Part shown: positions 34,442 through 44,388 of the stretch, one piece after another
How positions within the stretch are numbered: position 1 is the stretch's first letter
How the letters are laid out: the number at the start of each line of letters is the position of its first letter
Origin: Escherichia coli
GTDB taxonomy: Bacteria > Pseudomonadota > Gammaproteobacteria > Enterobacterales > Enterobacteriaceae
Length of the DNA: 64,000 nt
Strand: one strand, 5' to 3'
Assembly: GCF_050920415.1 (NCBI RefSeq)
Contig: NZ_CP169309.1
Notes under the pieces: model-generated
What the model saw: only the letters and a program-made list of their open reading frames with translations
The model's database searches: none
Told to the model about the DNA's origin: nothing
Position numbers and translations under genes: made by a program

Positions 34442-37312
34442 TTATATTTTTTCCAGCGCGGTGAGTATTTTCTCCGGTGTGAAATGCCATTCGCGTAACC
34501 AGATGCCGCAGGCATCGTGAATTGCGGTAGCAATCGCCGGAGCTGCGCCATTTACACCGATTTCTGAGATTGATTTCGCCCCGAATGGGCCGACTTTATC
34601 GTCGCTCGGCACCAGCACAGCGCGGAAATCACGCGGAATGTCACCAATTTTCGGTGCGCCGTAACTGCGTAAATCACGCGTTAACGGGTGGCCTTCGGCG
34701 TCATAAATGATTTCTTCGCTCATACTGTGCCCGATAGCACGCAGGGTGGCACCGTAGATTTGTCCCAACGCTAACTCTGGATTGACCGGTGTACCGCAGT
34801 CCAGCAAGGCATAGAATTTATCCAGGCGGATTTCACCCGTACGTGTGTTGACGGCAACTTCAGCAAAGTTTGCGCCATACGGGAAGGCGAAATCAGGCGT
34901 GATATAACTGGCAGTTCCCACCAGTGAACCAAAACCGGTGCCGGTTTCGCCTTTATGGGCAATATCACCGAAACTAACTTCGCCTTTCTTGCCGCGAACG
35001 ACACCCGGCGTTGCCAGTTGAACATCCTCCAGGGGTTCCCCCAGCATTTGTGCGCCGTGGAACAGGATTTTCTCTCGGAGGTTTTCTGCCGCCATACGCG
35101 CCGCGTTGCCGGAGAAACATGTACCGGACGAGGCATATGCGCCTTTATCAAACAGCGCATGATCGGTATCACCGGAGATAACATGCACGTCCTGCGGTGG
35201 GCAGTGCAGCACTTCTGCTGCCAGTTTCGTCACAACCGTATCCAGACCAGTACCAATATCCGCACCGCCAGAATGAACGATAAAGGTACCGTCTGATTCC
35301 AGTTTGATCATGCAGTTAGCCTGATCGATATCCGGGATCCCTGATTTCTGCATGATAATGGCGACGCCACGACCGATGTGCCAGTCACCGTTTTGTGGTT
35401 TTGGTGAAGACCATTGGATCATCTCGCGACCCTGACGCAGGATCTCTTCCAGTGCGCAGCTGGCGGCGGAAGGAACGGAGGTCGGCGCTTTACCTTCACC
35501 GATTGCACCGAGAATTTTCAGCTCTTGCCCTTCGTGTACCCGGTTACGTTCGATAATTTCCAGTTGGTCGATCTGTAACTGTTCAGCCAGTTCCGCTAAT
35601 GCCATGGTGATAGCGAAGTTACCTTTCGGTGCGCCATAACCCTGATAAGCACCATTTGGGCAAATGTTGCTGTAGTAGGTGGTGACCTGGAAATCGACGT
35701 TATCGCACGGATATAACGGCAGCGACAGCGCCGGTCCGTTACACGGTACGGTGAGTGAGTGGTTGCCGTAAGGGCCTGTGTTGGCGCGGAAATCCATCTT
35801 CACAGCCGTCAGGCGACCATCTTTCTTTGCCCCCAGTTTGACGGTGACTTTCGCGACGTGACGAGAGGTGTTAGCAATAAACTCTTCTTCACGAGTGTAG
35901 CGGAACAGTACCGGACGCCCGGTCACGCAGGTTGCCCAGGCGCACACTTCTTCCAGCAGGATGTCCTGTTTAGACCCAAAACCGCCGCCAACTCGCTCTT
36001 TAATGACATGAACTTTATGTTGTTTCATGCCCACGAGGCGCGCGACCTGGCGGCGTAAGTGCCATGGTACCTGGGTGGAGGCGTGGATAACCAGACGATC
36101 GCCGTCCATACGGGTAAAGCAGATATGAGTTTCAGTCGGGCACTGCTGCGCCTGCGTTGAGTTATAGGTTCGCTCAATGATCACATCGGCATCGGCAAAG
36201 CCTTTGTCCATATCGCCAATATGACCATGAATACTGGCGGCGATATTTTTACGGGGGCGAGAACCGATCGGGAAGTTGATGATCATATGCTCGCCGCGCT
36301 GGGCTGCATGGCTGTTATCGTCTTCCAGAGTATCTGGCGCACCAGCAACATACACCACCGGTTCATCGTGCACGACAGGCGCATCTTCCGCCATTGCCTC
36401 GTCAATCGACATTACAGGTTTAAGCACTTCATATTCAACGTCGATGAGCTTCAGTGCTTCGAGCGCAATTTCTTCACTTTCTGCGACGACCGCAGCAACG
36501 CGATCGCCGACGTGACGCATTTTCTTGCCGAACATACGGCGGTCAAGCGGTGACGGTTCCGGTGCGCTCTGACCACCCGGGGTGTAGTAGATATCCGGGC
36601 AATTCAGATGAGTAATAACGTGAACGACGCCTGGTAAGGCTTCAGCTTTGCTGACATCCAGGTGAGTAATCAGTGCGTGAGCGTGAGGGCTACGTAACAT
36701 TTTAATGACGCAGGCGTCAGCCGTTACGCGGTCTTCAACATAGCAGGGTTTCGCCTGCACCATTTTTGCGGCATCAGTTTTAGGATAATGCTTACCAATG
36801 ACTTCAAGGTCATCGCGGAAAGTCGGAGCGATATCAATGGTGGCCTGCGGGTTATTTTTACGTGCAACCGCCAGTTCAATGACCTGATAGTATTGTTGCC
36901 AGCCTGCATCGCGACTGAACAAACCAGAAAGCGCGTCGTCGATCTCTTCGCGGGTCGGTGCGGCGATACGCTCGAGCAGATCAGTGATAATCAGAGCAGC
37001 AGCTGGATCGTTATAACCAGACTGCACCACGCCAACATCAACCATTGCCTGTTGAACCAGACTTAACTCGTTCCATTTTCCCAGAGACTCTGCGGTACGA
37101 ATATTAGCCTTCTCTATCTGTGCGGCAATAAGTAAGGACGCGTTGACGATATTACCGTTAAAGATAATTGCGTCAGAACCGGCAAAACCGAATCCATCAT
37201 CGCTGTTGCGTACAGAGTGCATTCCCATGTTAAACAACAGCTTTTGCACGTTTTCACCAGGATTAACGGTTAGCTCCTGGGGCGTGCCATTTAATGTAAA
37301 GTGGATGATCAT
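34442..37312 (-). CDS. xdhD: molybdopterin-binding oxidoreductase subunit with N-terminal 2Fe-2S domain (xanthine dehydrogenase-like)
   Basis: 956 aa ORF recognised as XdhD (YgfN). Confidence 0.92.
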   Translation of the reverse strand: MIIHFTLNGTPQELTVNPGENVQKLLFNMGMHSVRNSDDGFGFAGSDAIIFNGNIVNASLLIAAQIEKANIRTAESLGKWNELSLVQQAMVDVGVVQSGYNDPAAALIITDLLERIAAPTREEIDDALSGLFSRDAGWQQYYQVIELAVARKNNPQATIDIAPTFRDDLEVIGKHYPKTDAAKMVQAKPCYVEDRVTADACVIKMLRSPHAHALITHLDVSKAEALPGVVHVITHLNCPDIYYTPGGQSAPEPSPLDRRMFGKKMRHVGDRVAAVVAESEEIALEALKLIDVEYEVLKPVMSIDEAMAEDAPVVHDEPVVYVAGAPDTLEDDNSHAAQRGEHMIINFPIGSRPRKNIAASIHGHIGDMDKGFADADVIIERTYNSTQAQQCPTETHICFTRMDGDRLVIHASTQVPWHLRRQVARLVGMKQHKVHVIKERVGGGFGSKQDILLEEVCAWATCVTGRPVLFRYTREEEFIANTSRHVAKVTVKLGAKKDGRLTAVKMDFRANTGPYGNHSLTVPCNGPALSLPLYPCDNVDFQVTTYYSNICPNGAYQGYGAPKGNFAITMALAELAEQLQIDQLEIIERNRVHEGQELKILGAIGEGKAPTSVPSAASCALEEILRQGREMIQWSSPKPQNGDWHIGRGVAIIMQKSGIPDIDQANCMIKLESDGTFIVHSGGADIGTGLDTVVTKLAAEVLHCPPQDVHVISGDTDHALFDKGAYASSGTCFSGNAARMAAENLREKILFHGAQMLGEPLEDVQLATPGVVRGKKGEVSFGDIAHKGETGTGFGSLVGTASYITPDFAFPYGANFAEVAVNTRTGEIRLDKFYALLDCGTPVNPELALGQIYGATLRAIGHSMSEEIIYDAEGHPLTRDLRSYGAPKIGDIPRDFRAVLVPSDDKVGPFGAKSISEIGVNGAAPAIATAIHDACGIWLREWHFTPEKILTALEKI

Positions 37313-38088
37313 ACGGCTTCCTCCCCAGCCTGTTGGCAGTCGGCATAAAGGTCGGCTACCAGAACTCCCGTGATATAGCGTTTATAGGCCACGCTGCCCC
37401 GCAAATCTTCCTGCGGGAAAATGGCGTTGGCGACAGCCTGTTCAAGGGCATCGCCTTCCAGGTTTTGTTTTTCAACATCGTGCAGACGCAGTGCTTTACT
37501 GGCCACGCCATCCAACGCAATTCGCATACCGTCGTGATCGGTTAACGCAACGGCTGCCGTTACTACCGTTAACCCAGCCTGAGAACGGCTAATTTTGCGA
37601 GTCGTACAGGTGCGATACGGATCTTTAATGATGATTTCGGTTAGCAGGCGATCGCATGGGCAGGCCAGGTACTCCTCAATTGACAGAGTTTCACCGTTGC
37701 CAAAAACCAGTTCGGCATCCAGTGCCAGCAGGACGGGAAGCAGCACCGACTCTTCCTGCCGGGCGGCGATTTCACCACCAATGGTCGACTGATTACGAAT
37801 ATGGCGAGAGTAGACAAAGCCGAGGGCCTCACGCAGTGCTGCAGGAATAAACCGTGCATCACGCAGTGTTTGCAAGCGAGACATTGCGCCAATCCGCAAT
37901 GCACCGTTATCCCAGTCAACCCAGTCCAGTTCCAGATCCTGTAAGGATATGGCAATCTTTTTATCGGTACGGGTTGGTGTGGCGTTGAGTTTACTGCCTC
38001 CGGCGAACCAGACGGCTTCATCCTGGTAGCGGCGCTTCAGTTCCAGCGCCTGTTCGACAGAGTCGGGCCTGAAAAATTGTTCAATCAT
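37309..38088 (-). CDS. ygfM: FAD-binding subunit of molybdenum hydroxylase (CO dehydrogenase flavoprotein-like)
   Basis: 259 aa; overlaps xdhD start by 4 nt. Confidence 0.9.
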   Translation of the reverse strand: MIEQFFRPDSVEQALELKRRYQDEAVWFAGGSKLNATPTRTDKKIAISLQDLELDWVDWDNGALRIGAMSRLQTLRDARFIPAALREALGFVYSRHIRNQSTIGGEIAARQEESVLLPVLLALDAELVFGNGETLSIEEYLACPCDRLLTEIIIKDPYRTCTTRKISRSQAGLTVVTAAVALTDHDGMRIALDGVASKALRLHDVEKQNLEGDALEQAVANAIFPQEDLRGSVAYKRYITGVLVADLYADCQQAGEEAV

Positions 38089-38138
38089 CTTCTTTCCTTA
38101 TTTAACCCTCTTCCCTGCGGGAAGAGGGTATTTGTCAT

Positions 38139-39467
38139 TTATGCCAGCGCATCCATCCGACGCCACATACTGGCAGCGGCTTTTTGGGCTTGCGCATAAA
38201 TGGAATCGCAATCGAAGTTAAACTGACGGTCTTCATAGACCATCATGCCATTGACCATCACGCTATGAACGCTGCCTGAGCCCATACCGAAAGCGATATG
38301 CCCGGCGATATTGTCTGCCAGCAGCGGCGTCGGCGAGTTGTAATCGCAAATGGTTAAATCGGCTTTGTAACCGGCTTCCAGAAGGCCAAATTTCGCGCCA
38401 AAATTGCGGCTCATCAGTTCGTTGCCGTTAGCCAGTGCTTTGGCAAAACTGTCAGGCCACAGCGGACCACCCGCATCGCGATGTTTAAAGAAGGCAAATT
38501 TCATCTCTTCAAACATATCTGAACCAATACCGTCCGTACCCAACGCCAGATTGCGGATGTCGCAAAGATGATGGTTGTAGCCGACATGGTTGTTCATGTT
38601 TGAACGGGCGTTATGCACCAGGAATGCATCACGCTGATTGAGCAACGCGATGTCGTCTTTAGACAGATAAAGCCCATGAGCGACCAGCGTTTTGCTGTCG
38701 ATGAGATCGAATTGCGCTAATCGTGCCAGCAGATCTTTGCCGTACCAGTGATGACTATGGGAAACATCGTAAAGGTCTTCCGCAGCGTGAATATGTAAAC
38801 CACGGCCTGTGGCTTTCACGGCCTCACGCAGCATTTCCAGACCGGCATCCGGCACAGTAAACGGCGCGTGAGCACCAATATGAGCTTCTACCAGATACGG
38901 TTCAGTTGCCGCTTTCTTCGCATCATCAATCTGACGGGCGAAGCGGATATTTTCCTCTACTCCTTCCTGTAGTTCTTTAATGCCGTTGTTACGGTCAGTG
39001 GTTTCAAAACAGGTCATCGCACGCAGGCCAACTTTTAAAAATGCGTTGCGCAATGTGGAGAGCGACCCGCTGATATACGCCGGAGAGGCATGGTGATCGA
39101 TAACAGATGTACAGCCGCTCTTAATCGCTTCCAGTGAACAAATCAGTCCGCTGTAATAGAGCGACTCTTCATCAAGGGCGCGATCGAGCCGCCACCAGAG
39201 ATTTTTCAGCGTTGAAATGAAATCCGGGCAGGGGGCGATGTTTGCCATAATTCCGCGGGACAGCCCCGAGTAAAAATGGTTGTGCGAGCAGACAATTCCC
39301 GGCATCACAATCCGACCATGCATCTCTTTGTAGTTGGCATCGGGGTAGCGTTGCGTCAGAGCATCGCCTATAGCGACAATCACATCATTTTCGATGGCGA
39401 TATCAACGCCTTCCTGCACTTTCGCCGGGTGTAACTGCACTGCAGTGACATTCTTCAGAATCAACAT
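38139..39467 (-). CDS. ssnA: amidohydrolase-family putative aminohydrolase SsnA
   Basis: 442 aa; metal-binding HxH near N-terminus (CSHNHFYSG). Confidence 0.9.
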   Translation of the reverse strand: MLILKNVTAVQLHPAKVQEGVDIAIENDVIVAIGDALTQRYPDANYKEMHGRIVMPGIVCSHNHFYSGLSRGIMANIAPCPDFISTLKNLWWRLDRALDEESLYYSGLICSLEAIKSGCTSVIDHHASPAYISGSLSTLRNAFLKVGLRAMTCFETTDRNNGIKELQEGVEENIRFARQIDDAKKAATEPYLVEAHIGAHAPFTVPDAGLEMLREAVKATGRGLHIHAAEDLYDVSHSHHWYGKDLLARLAQFDLIDSKTLVAHGLYLSKDDIALLNQRDAFLVHNARSNMNNHVGYNHHLCDIRNLALGTDGIGSDMFEEMKFAFFKHRDAGGPLWPDSFAKALANGNELMSRNFGAKFGLLEAGYKADLTICDYNSPTPLLADNIAGHIAFGMGSGSVHSVMVNGMMVYEDRQFNFDCDSIYAQAQKAAASMWRRMDALA

Positions 39468-39469
39468 GA

Positions 39470-42400
39470 TTACACCTCCACGCGGCCCAGCAGATAATGA
39501 TGATGCTGGTGGACATGGCTAATGATGCGGCACATATCGTTCAGCTCCGGTGGTACGTTGTTGAACTGACCTTCGCTGTCGATGTTTAACACCCAGCTTT
39601 GGTTATTCAGACGTACTCGTACCCGGCAATCTTCCACAAGGAAGCCTGGGTTGCTGCTGTTATCAAAGTCTTGCGACAGGCTGAAGACGGTGATTTTGTC
39701 TTTGTACGGTTTACCGTTCCACGGACAGAACTGAGCGCAGTTGCCGCATTCGTTACAGTAAGCGTCGAGGTGCAGCGTCTGGAAACGGTTCTGGAAGCCA
39801 GGGACCGCAATGGATACGTTGGCGCGGTTCGGGCAGACATCCACACACTTGCTGCAAACGTAGTTACATTCAAGGCAGCGTGCGGCTTCCTGGGCGACAA
39901 ACGCGTCACGATCGTCGCTATCCACCAGGGTGATAGAGATATCGCCTTTGCGTTGATAGATTTCCGCCGGATTAACGTTGTTCCAGTATTTATCGTTCTG
40001 GTGGGAACGGATATTTTCCCGACTAAGGATGGCATCGGTCGCCCGACGCGCGGTTCCGACAGCAGCGACAATGGAGGATGGTCCGCGCTGTACGTCGCCG
40101 ATCATAAAGACGTCAGTCAGACGAGTTTCGCCATTATGGTCGACGTCTGGCCAGCCGTTTTTGTCCAGCGGCACGCCCATCGCATTCAGGGCTTCAGTAT
40201 CCTGCTGTTCACCAATGGCGGTGATCAGGCTGTCTACATGCAGTGTAACTGTTTCGTTGGTTTCAACCGGACGGCGACGACCTTTCTCATCAGGTTCGCC
40301 AAGCGACATAACGCGCAAGGTTAAGGTGCCATCAGCATCGAAACGTTCCGGATTATTCAGGAAACGGAACTCCACGCCGTCGTGCAACGCTTCTTCATAC
40401 TCTTCGCGCCATGCTGGCATCTCTTGCAGTGAACGACGGTAAACGACTGTTGCTTTTTCTACGCCTGGAACGCGTAACGCCGCACGAGCGCAGTCCATTG
40501 CGGTGTTACCCGCCCCGACAACGACCACATGTTTGCCCAGCTTGAGCGCTGTGCCCTTGTTGTATTCACGCAGGAAGGGGAGTGATTTCCAGACATTTTG
40601 GTTGTCGCCCGCCAGTTTCACACCGCTATTTTTATCAGTGCCGGTGGCAATCAGAACATAGTGGAAGCCCTGATTTTTTAACTGTTCAACGGTCAGATCG
40701 GGTGAGCAGCCATACTCAAATTTCACGCCGTGAGCGGCAACAAAATCGATATCGTGCTGAATTAACTCTGCAGGAATACGGAACTGAGGAATGATATTTT
40801 TCACCACGCCGCCCGCATTGGCTTCGCGTTCAAACAGCGTAACCGGATGGCCCGCTCTGGCAAGGAAGTAACCTGCTGCCAGACCCGCCGGACCTGCACC
40901 AATCACGGCAACCGGATGGCGTGAACCAGAACCGGCTGGTTTGTGCCAGCGTTGCTTATATTCATCCCAACCTTTTTCCAGCGCGACTTTTTTCAGTTCG
41001 CGGATATTCAGCGCACTGTCGTAATCCAGGCGGGTACAGTTGTATTGGCACTGGTGATCGCAAATATGACCGGTAATGGCGGGCAGGGCGTTGCGTTGGT
41101 AGATGAGTTCCAGTGCGTCGGCATAGCGGTGTTCGCCAAGCAGACGGATGTATTCCGGAATATCTTGCTTGATAGCGCAGGCAGTAACACAGGGGGCAAC
41201 GTAGCAGTCGGTCAGCGGCAGGTCTTCTGCCACTTCAATACGCTCTTCTGGCTTCCAGTGTTTCTGGGTGTATTCCATGGTTAACGCGTCTGCTGCCAGT
41301 CTGTTCAGTCGTTCGACGTCAACGTGGTTAAGCTTCCAGGCGTCGGAGCCTTCCAGCTCGCGCATGCAGGCACTTAAGCGCAGATAGCCGCCAGGTTTCA
41401 GCAGGTCGGTTGCCATAGTAATAGGGCGAATACCAGTATCAAAAATATCGCGGATAGTCAGCTGACTGGCGCCACCGGAATAAGAAATGGGCAGTTTGCC
41501 GTCAAAGGCGCGAGAGAGAACTGCTGCAACATTGATGGAGAGCGGAAACAGCGCACGGCCTGACATATACATCTCTTCACCGGGCAGTGCACCTTTGTTA
41601 TTAATGGTGCCGAGGGTATTGGTCAGTTTGACGCCAAAGCCGAGTGATTTTTCTTTTGCCAGTGCCATCAGGCGTTCCAGCATTTCCAGTGCTTGCGTCA
41701 GCTTGAGGTCGTGATCAAATGACTCTTCTTTTAAGCCTATGTAACCGAAACCGCAGACATCGAGGATCTCACGAACACGCGCGTACCCCAGTAAGGTCGG
41801 GTTGAGTTTCACAAAGGTATTGAGCCCTTTTTCTTCCAGCATGTAGCGGCAAATGGCTTCGATTTCATGCGGAGGACAGCCGTGCATCGTGGAGAGGGTG
41901 ACGCCTTGTACCATGCTGGTGGGGATGCGTGCCGGTAAGGCCTGCAAGCATTCGCGTTTTTCCTGTAAGCCGTGGCGGGCTAAAAATGCGTCATCCTGGA
42001 GTAATTTATTCAGCGTATCGCGATATTGAGCGAATTTCGGATGGTCAGATGCGTCCATCATATTGTCGATGAACTGTTGCATCGGCGGTTGCTTAATACC
42101 TTCGAGGTTGTAACCGACGCTCATATTAAAGATGAACGATTTACCGGAATCAGAAGGCTGGAACATCGCTTCGAGAAGGTGCAGGGCAAACCAGGCTTTG
42201 AGGTATTCATCCCAGGCTTTAAGCAGGGTAAATTCGGTGGACCATTCGGTGTTAAAGCACTCGTCTTCGGCATCAATACAGGGCTTTTCCAGCTCCAGGC
42301 GGTCAAGAATTTGGACGGTTTTTAGTTCGATGAAGCGTCCGCCAGTCAGCCAGGATGTGACAATATTTTGCGCGAGCTGCGTGTGCGGACCAGCGGCAGG

Positions 42401-42568
42401 GCCGACGGGAGTGGCACAGGTTTCACCGAAGACGCTAACGGTTTTACCTTTTACGGGTGAGTAAAACTGTTGCTCGGGAATACCAAAGATTGAGCGTTGT
42501 TGTTGGTATTCATCAAATATGCGCGTCAAAAGTTCCTCAAACGGAATGGGACGCATAATATCCCCCAT
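39470..42568 (-). CDS. ygfK: large Fe-S / FAD-NAD(P)-binding oxidoreductase (GltD-like), putative selenate/Se-dependent hydroxylase subunit
   Basis: 1032 aa; dinucleotide fold [14 protein letters not shown] and Cys clusters near C-terminus. Confidence 0.9.
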   Translation of the reverse strand: MGDIMRPIPFEELLTRIFDEYQQQRSIFGIPEQQFYSPVKGKTVSVFGETCATPVGPAAGPHTQLAQNIVTSWLTGGRFIELKTVQILDRLELEKPCIDAEDECFNTEWSTEFTLLKAWDEYLKAWFALHLLEAMFQPSDSGKSFIFNMSVGYNLEGIKQPPMQQFIDNMMDASDHPKFAQYRDTLNKLLQDDAFLARHGLQEKRECLQALPARIPTSMVQGVTLSTMHGCPPHEIEAICRYMLEEKGLNTFVKLNPTLLGYARVREILDVCGFGYIGLKEESFDHDLKLTQALEMLERLMALAKEKSLGFGVKLTNTLGTINNKGALPGEEMYMSGRALFPLSINVAAVLSRAFDGKLPISYSGGASQLTIRDIFDTGIRPITMATDLLKPGGYLRLSACMRELEGSDAWKLNHVDVERLNRLAADALTMEYTQKHWKPEERIEVAEDLPLTDCYVAPCVTACAIKQDIPEYIRLLGEHRYADALELIYQRNALPAITGHICDHQCQYNCTRLDYDSALNIRELKKVALEKGWDEYKQRWHKPAGSGSRHPVAVIGAGPAGLAAGYFLARAGHPVTLFEREANAGGVVKNIIPQFRIPAELIQHDIDFVAAHGVKFEYGCSPDLTVEQLKNQGFHYVLIATGTDKNSGVKLAGDNQNVWKSLPFLREYNKGTALKLGKHVVVVGAGNTAMDCARAALRVPGVEKATVVYRRSLQEMPAWREEYEEALHDGVEFRFLNNPERFDADGTLTLRVMSLGEPDEKGRRRPVETNETVTLHVDSLITAIGEQQDTEALNAMGVPLDKNGWPDVDHNGETRLTDVFMIGDVQRGPSSIVAAVGTARRATDAILSRENIRSHQNDKYWNNVNPAEIYQRKGDISITLVDSDDRDAFVAQEAARCLECNYVCSKCVDVCPNRANVSIAVPGFQNRFQTLHLDAYCNECGNCAQFCPWNGKPYKDKITVFSLSQDFDNSSNPGFLVEDCRVRVRLNNQSWVLNIDSEGQFNNVPPELNDMCRIISHVHQHHHYLLGRVEV

Positions 42569-42640
42569 AACCCTCTCCTTAGCTTATACAGATATCATTG
42601 AGTGACCGGTGTTGAGAAATCCGGTGGTTTAGGGGGATAG

Positions 42641-42666
42641 AGCAACAATCGCACCACTCTTGCCAG
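42641..42666 (-). promoter_or_regulatory. candidate sigma-54 (-24/-12) promoter for ygfK operon
   Basis: Minus strand reads CTGGCAAGAGTGGTGCGATTGTTGCT: two overlapping TGGnnn-N5-TTGC-like spacings (TGGCAAGAGTGGTGCG and TGGTGCGATTGTTGCT), 70-95 nt upstream of ygfK ATG; ygeV sigma-54 activator encoded nearby. Confidence 0.35.
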
Positions 42667-42889
42667 GTTTGGCGGGAAATATAAAAAAATGTGAGGCGGC
42701 TCGAAACTTAAGGGCTTTTTGTGAATGAACTCACAGGTGCCAAATGAGAATTAAAATCACTCCTGGAAATTATTATTACCAGCCCATTTATCACTTTTTC
42801 TCTTTTCTCAAAATCAGTGATTCCTTATCATAATGATAAAGCAGGCTGGATGGTTTAAATATTTGAACGCAAACGTTTAACTACGTTTT

Positions 42890-43468
42890 CTAAATTTCAG
42901 TATACCTTTTTTGCGCTGTAATAAAGTCGTCCGGAGTATCAATATCTAAAATTATTTCTGCATTCTCTATTTCGACGGAATAATGTTCTCCCATAAGGAG
43001 TGCCTGACGCATATTGGTGACATTGGGTCGCTGGGTTGCCTGCATCAGGCATGGCTTTGACACTAAAATCGGATGGCCGGGGATACCTTTATGGAGTGGC
43101 AGTATTGCGCCATCATTACGTAACAACCAGATTTTTCTAAAAATATCGATGGTGAGGGTTGGCATGTCACCGTGGGTGAGAAAACAATGTTCGGTTTGCA
43201 CCGCGGGTACTGCGGCCTTTACTGATGTCAGTAAACCCTGCGCATAATTTGGGTTGTGGATAATAGTGATATTACTCTGGTTCGCATAACGTTCGTGCAG
43301 TTCATTACCACGATAGCCGGTGACTAAAATAATTCGGCTACAAAACTGCAACGCATTTTTGATACTTGCATCAAGAATTGTTCCCTGTTGCCAGGGTAAC
43401 ATCATTTTCCATTGCCCCATTCTTGATGATAATCCGGCAGCGGTAATTATACAGTCGATGGCTGACAT
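42890..43468 (-). CDS. mocA: molybdenum cofactor cytidylyltransferase
   Basis: 192 aa ORF MSAIDCIITAAGLSSRMG... recognised as MocA (YgfJ). Confidence 0.92.
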   Translation of the reverse strand: MSAIDCIITAAGLSSRMGQWKMMLPWQQGTILDASIKNALQFCSRIILVTGYRGNELHERYANQSNITIIHNPNYAQGLLTSVKAAVPAVQTEHCFLTHGDMPTLTIDIFRKIWLLRNDGAILPLHKGIPGHPILVSKPCLMQATQRPNVTNMRQALLMGEHYSVEIENAEIILDIDTPDDFITAQKRYTEI

Positions 43469-43570
43469 AGTGGTTCCATTATTAATAGGGGCTAATAATG
43501 CCTGTTAATTGCGTTACTTCCTGATGGATTAAGTTGGGGATAATTTATCCCAGAGAGGTCATAAAGACTC

Positions 43571-44341
43571 GTGAAAAGTATAGTTGACCCATCGGCATTA
43601 TTCATTGATTTAGGCGCGCAGAAACGTCCCACTGTGATTTCTGTTGTTGGGGCTGGGGGGAAAACCAGCTTGCTTTTTTGGCTGGTAGAACTGCTCCAGG
43701 CTAGCGGCAGGCGTGTGTTAATCACTACGACGACACATATGTTTATGCCAACGTCTCACTGGCCCGTGGTTTTCTGTCGTGATCCCGCCATGCTTCCTCA
43801 TGCGTCTCTTACATCCCCCATTTCATTTTGTTTTCACAGCTGGAAAGCGAACCAGGGAAAAGTGCAGGGATTTATGCCAGAAGCGATTGATGCACTGGTG
43901 CAACGACCAGAGTGTGACGTAATTCTCATTGAGGCTGATGGCTCGCGTGGAATGCCGTTAAAAGCGCCTGATGAGCACGAACCTTGCATACCCAAAAGCA
44001 GTTGCTGCGTGATTGCTGTGATGGGAGGACATATTTTGGGTGCGAAAGTGAGCACAGAAAATGTCCATCGCTGGTCGCAGTTTGCTGATATTACCGGGTT
44101 AACACCTGATGCAACCTTGCAACTGAGCGATCTCGTTGCGCTGGTTCGCCACCCTCAGGGCGCATTTAAAAACGTACCGCAAGGTTGTCGGCGAGTCTGG
44201 TTCATTAACCGTTTTTCTCAATGTGAGAATGCGATTGCGCAAAGCGAGCTCCTTCAACCGCTGCAACAACACGACGTAGAGGCAATCTGGCTGGGCGATA
44301 TACAAGAACATCCTGCAATCGCGCGCAGATTTGTGAATTAG
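43571..44341 (+). CDS. yqeC: putative selenium-dependent hydroxylase accessory protein YqeC (P-loop)
   Basis: 256 aa, GTG start; Walker A-like GAGGKTS. Confidence 0.88.
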   Translation: MKSIVDPSALFIDLGAQKRPTVISVVGAGGKTSLLFWLVELLQASGRRVLITTTTHMFMPTSHWPVVFCRDPAMLPHASLTSPISFCFHSWKANQGKVQGFMPEAIDALVQRPECDVILIEADGSRGMPLKAPDEHEPCIPKSSCCVIAVMGGHILGAKVSTENVHRWSQFADITGLTPDATLQLSDLVALVRHPQGAFKNVPQGCRRVWFINRFSQCENAIAQSELLQPLQQHDVEAIWLGDIQEHPAIARRFVN

Positions 44342-44388
44342 CGGCCCGGGTATTCCGGGTTACTGAAAGGATATCCATTGAGGTTGGT

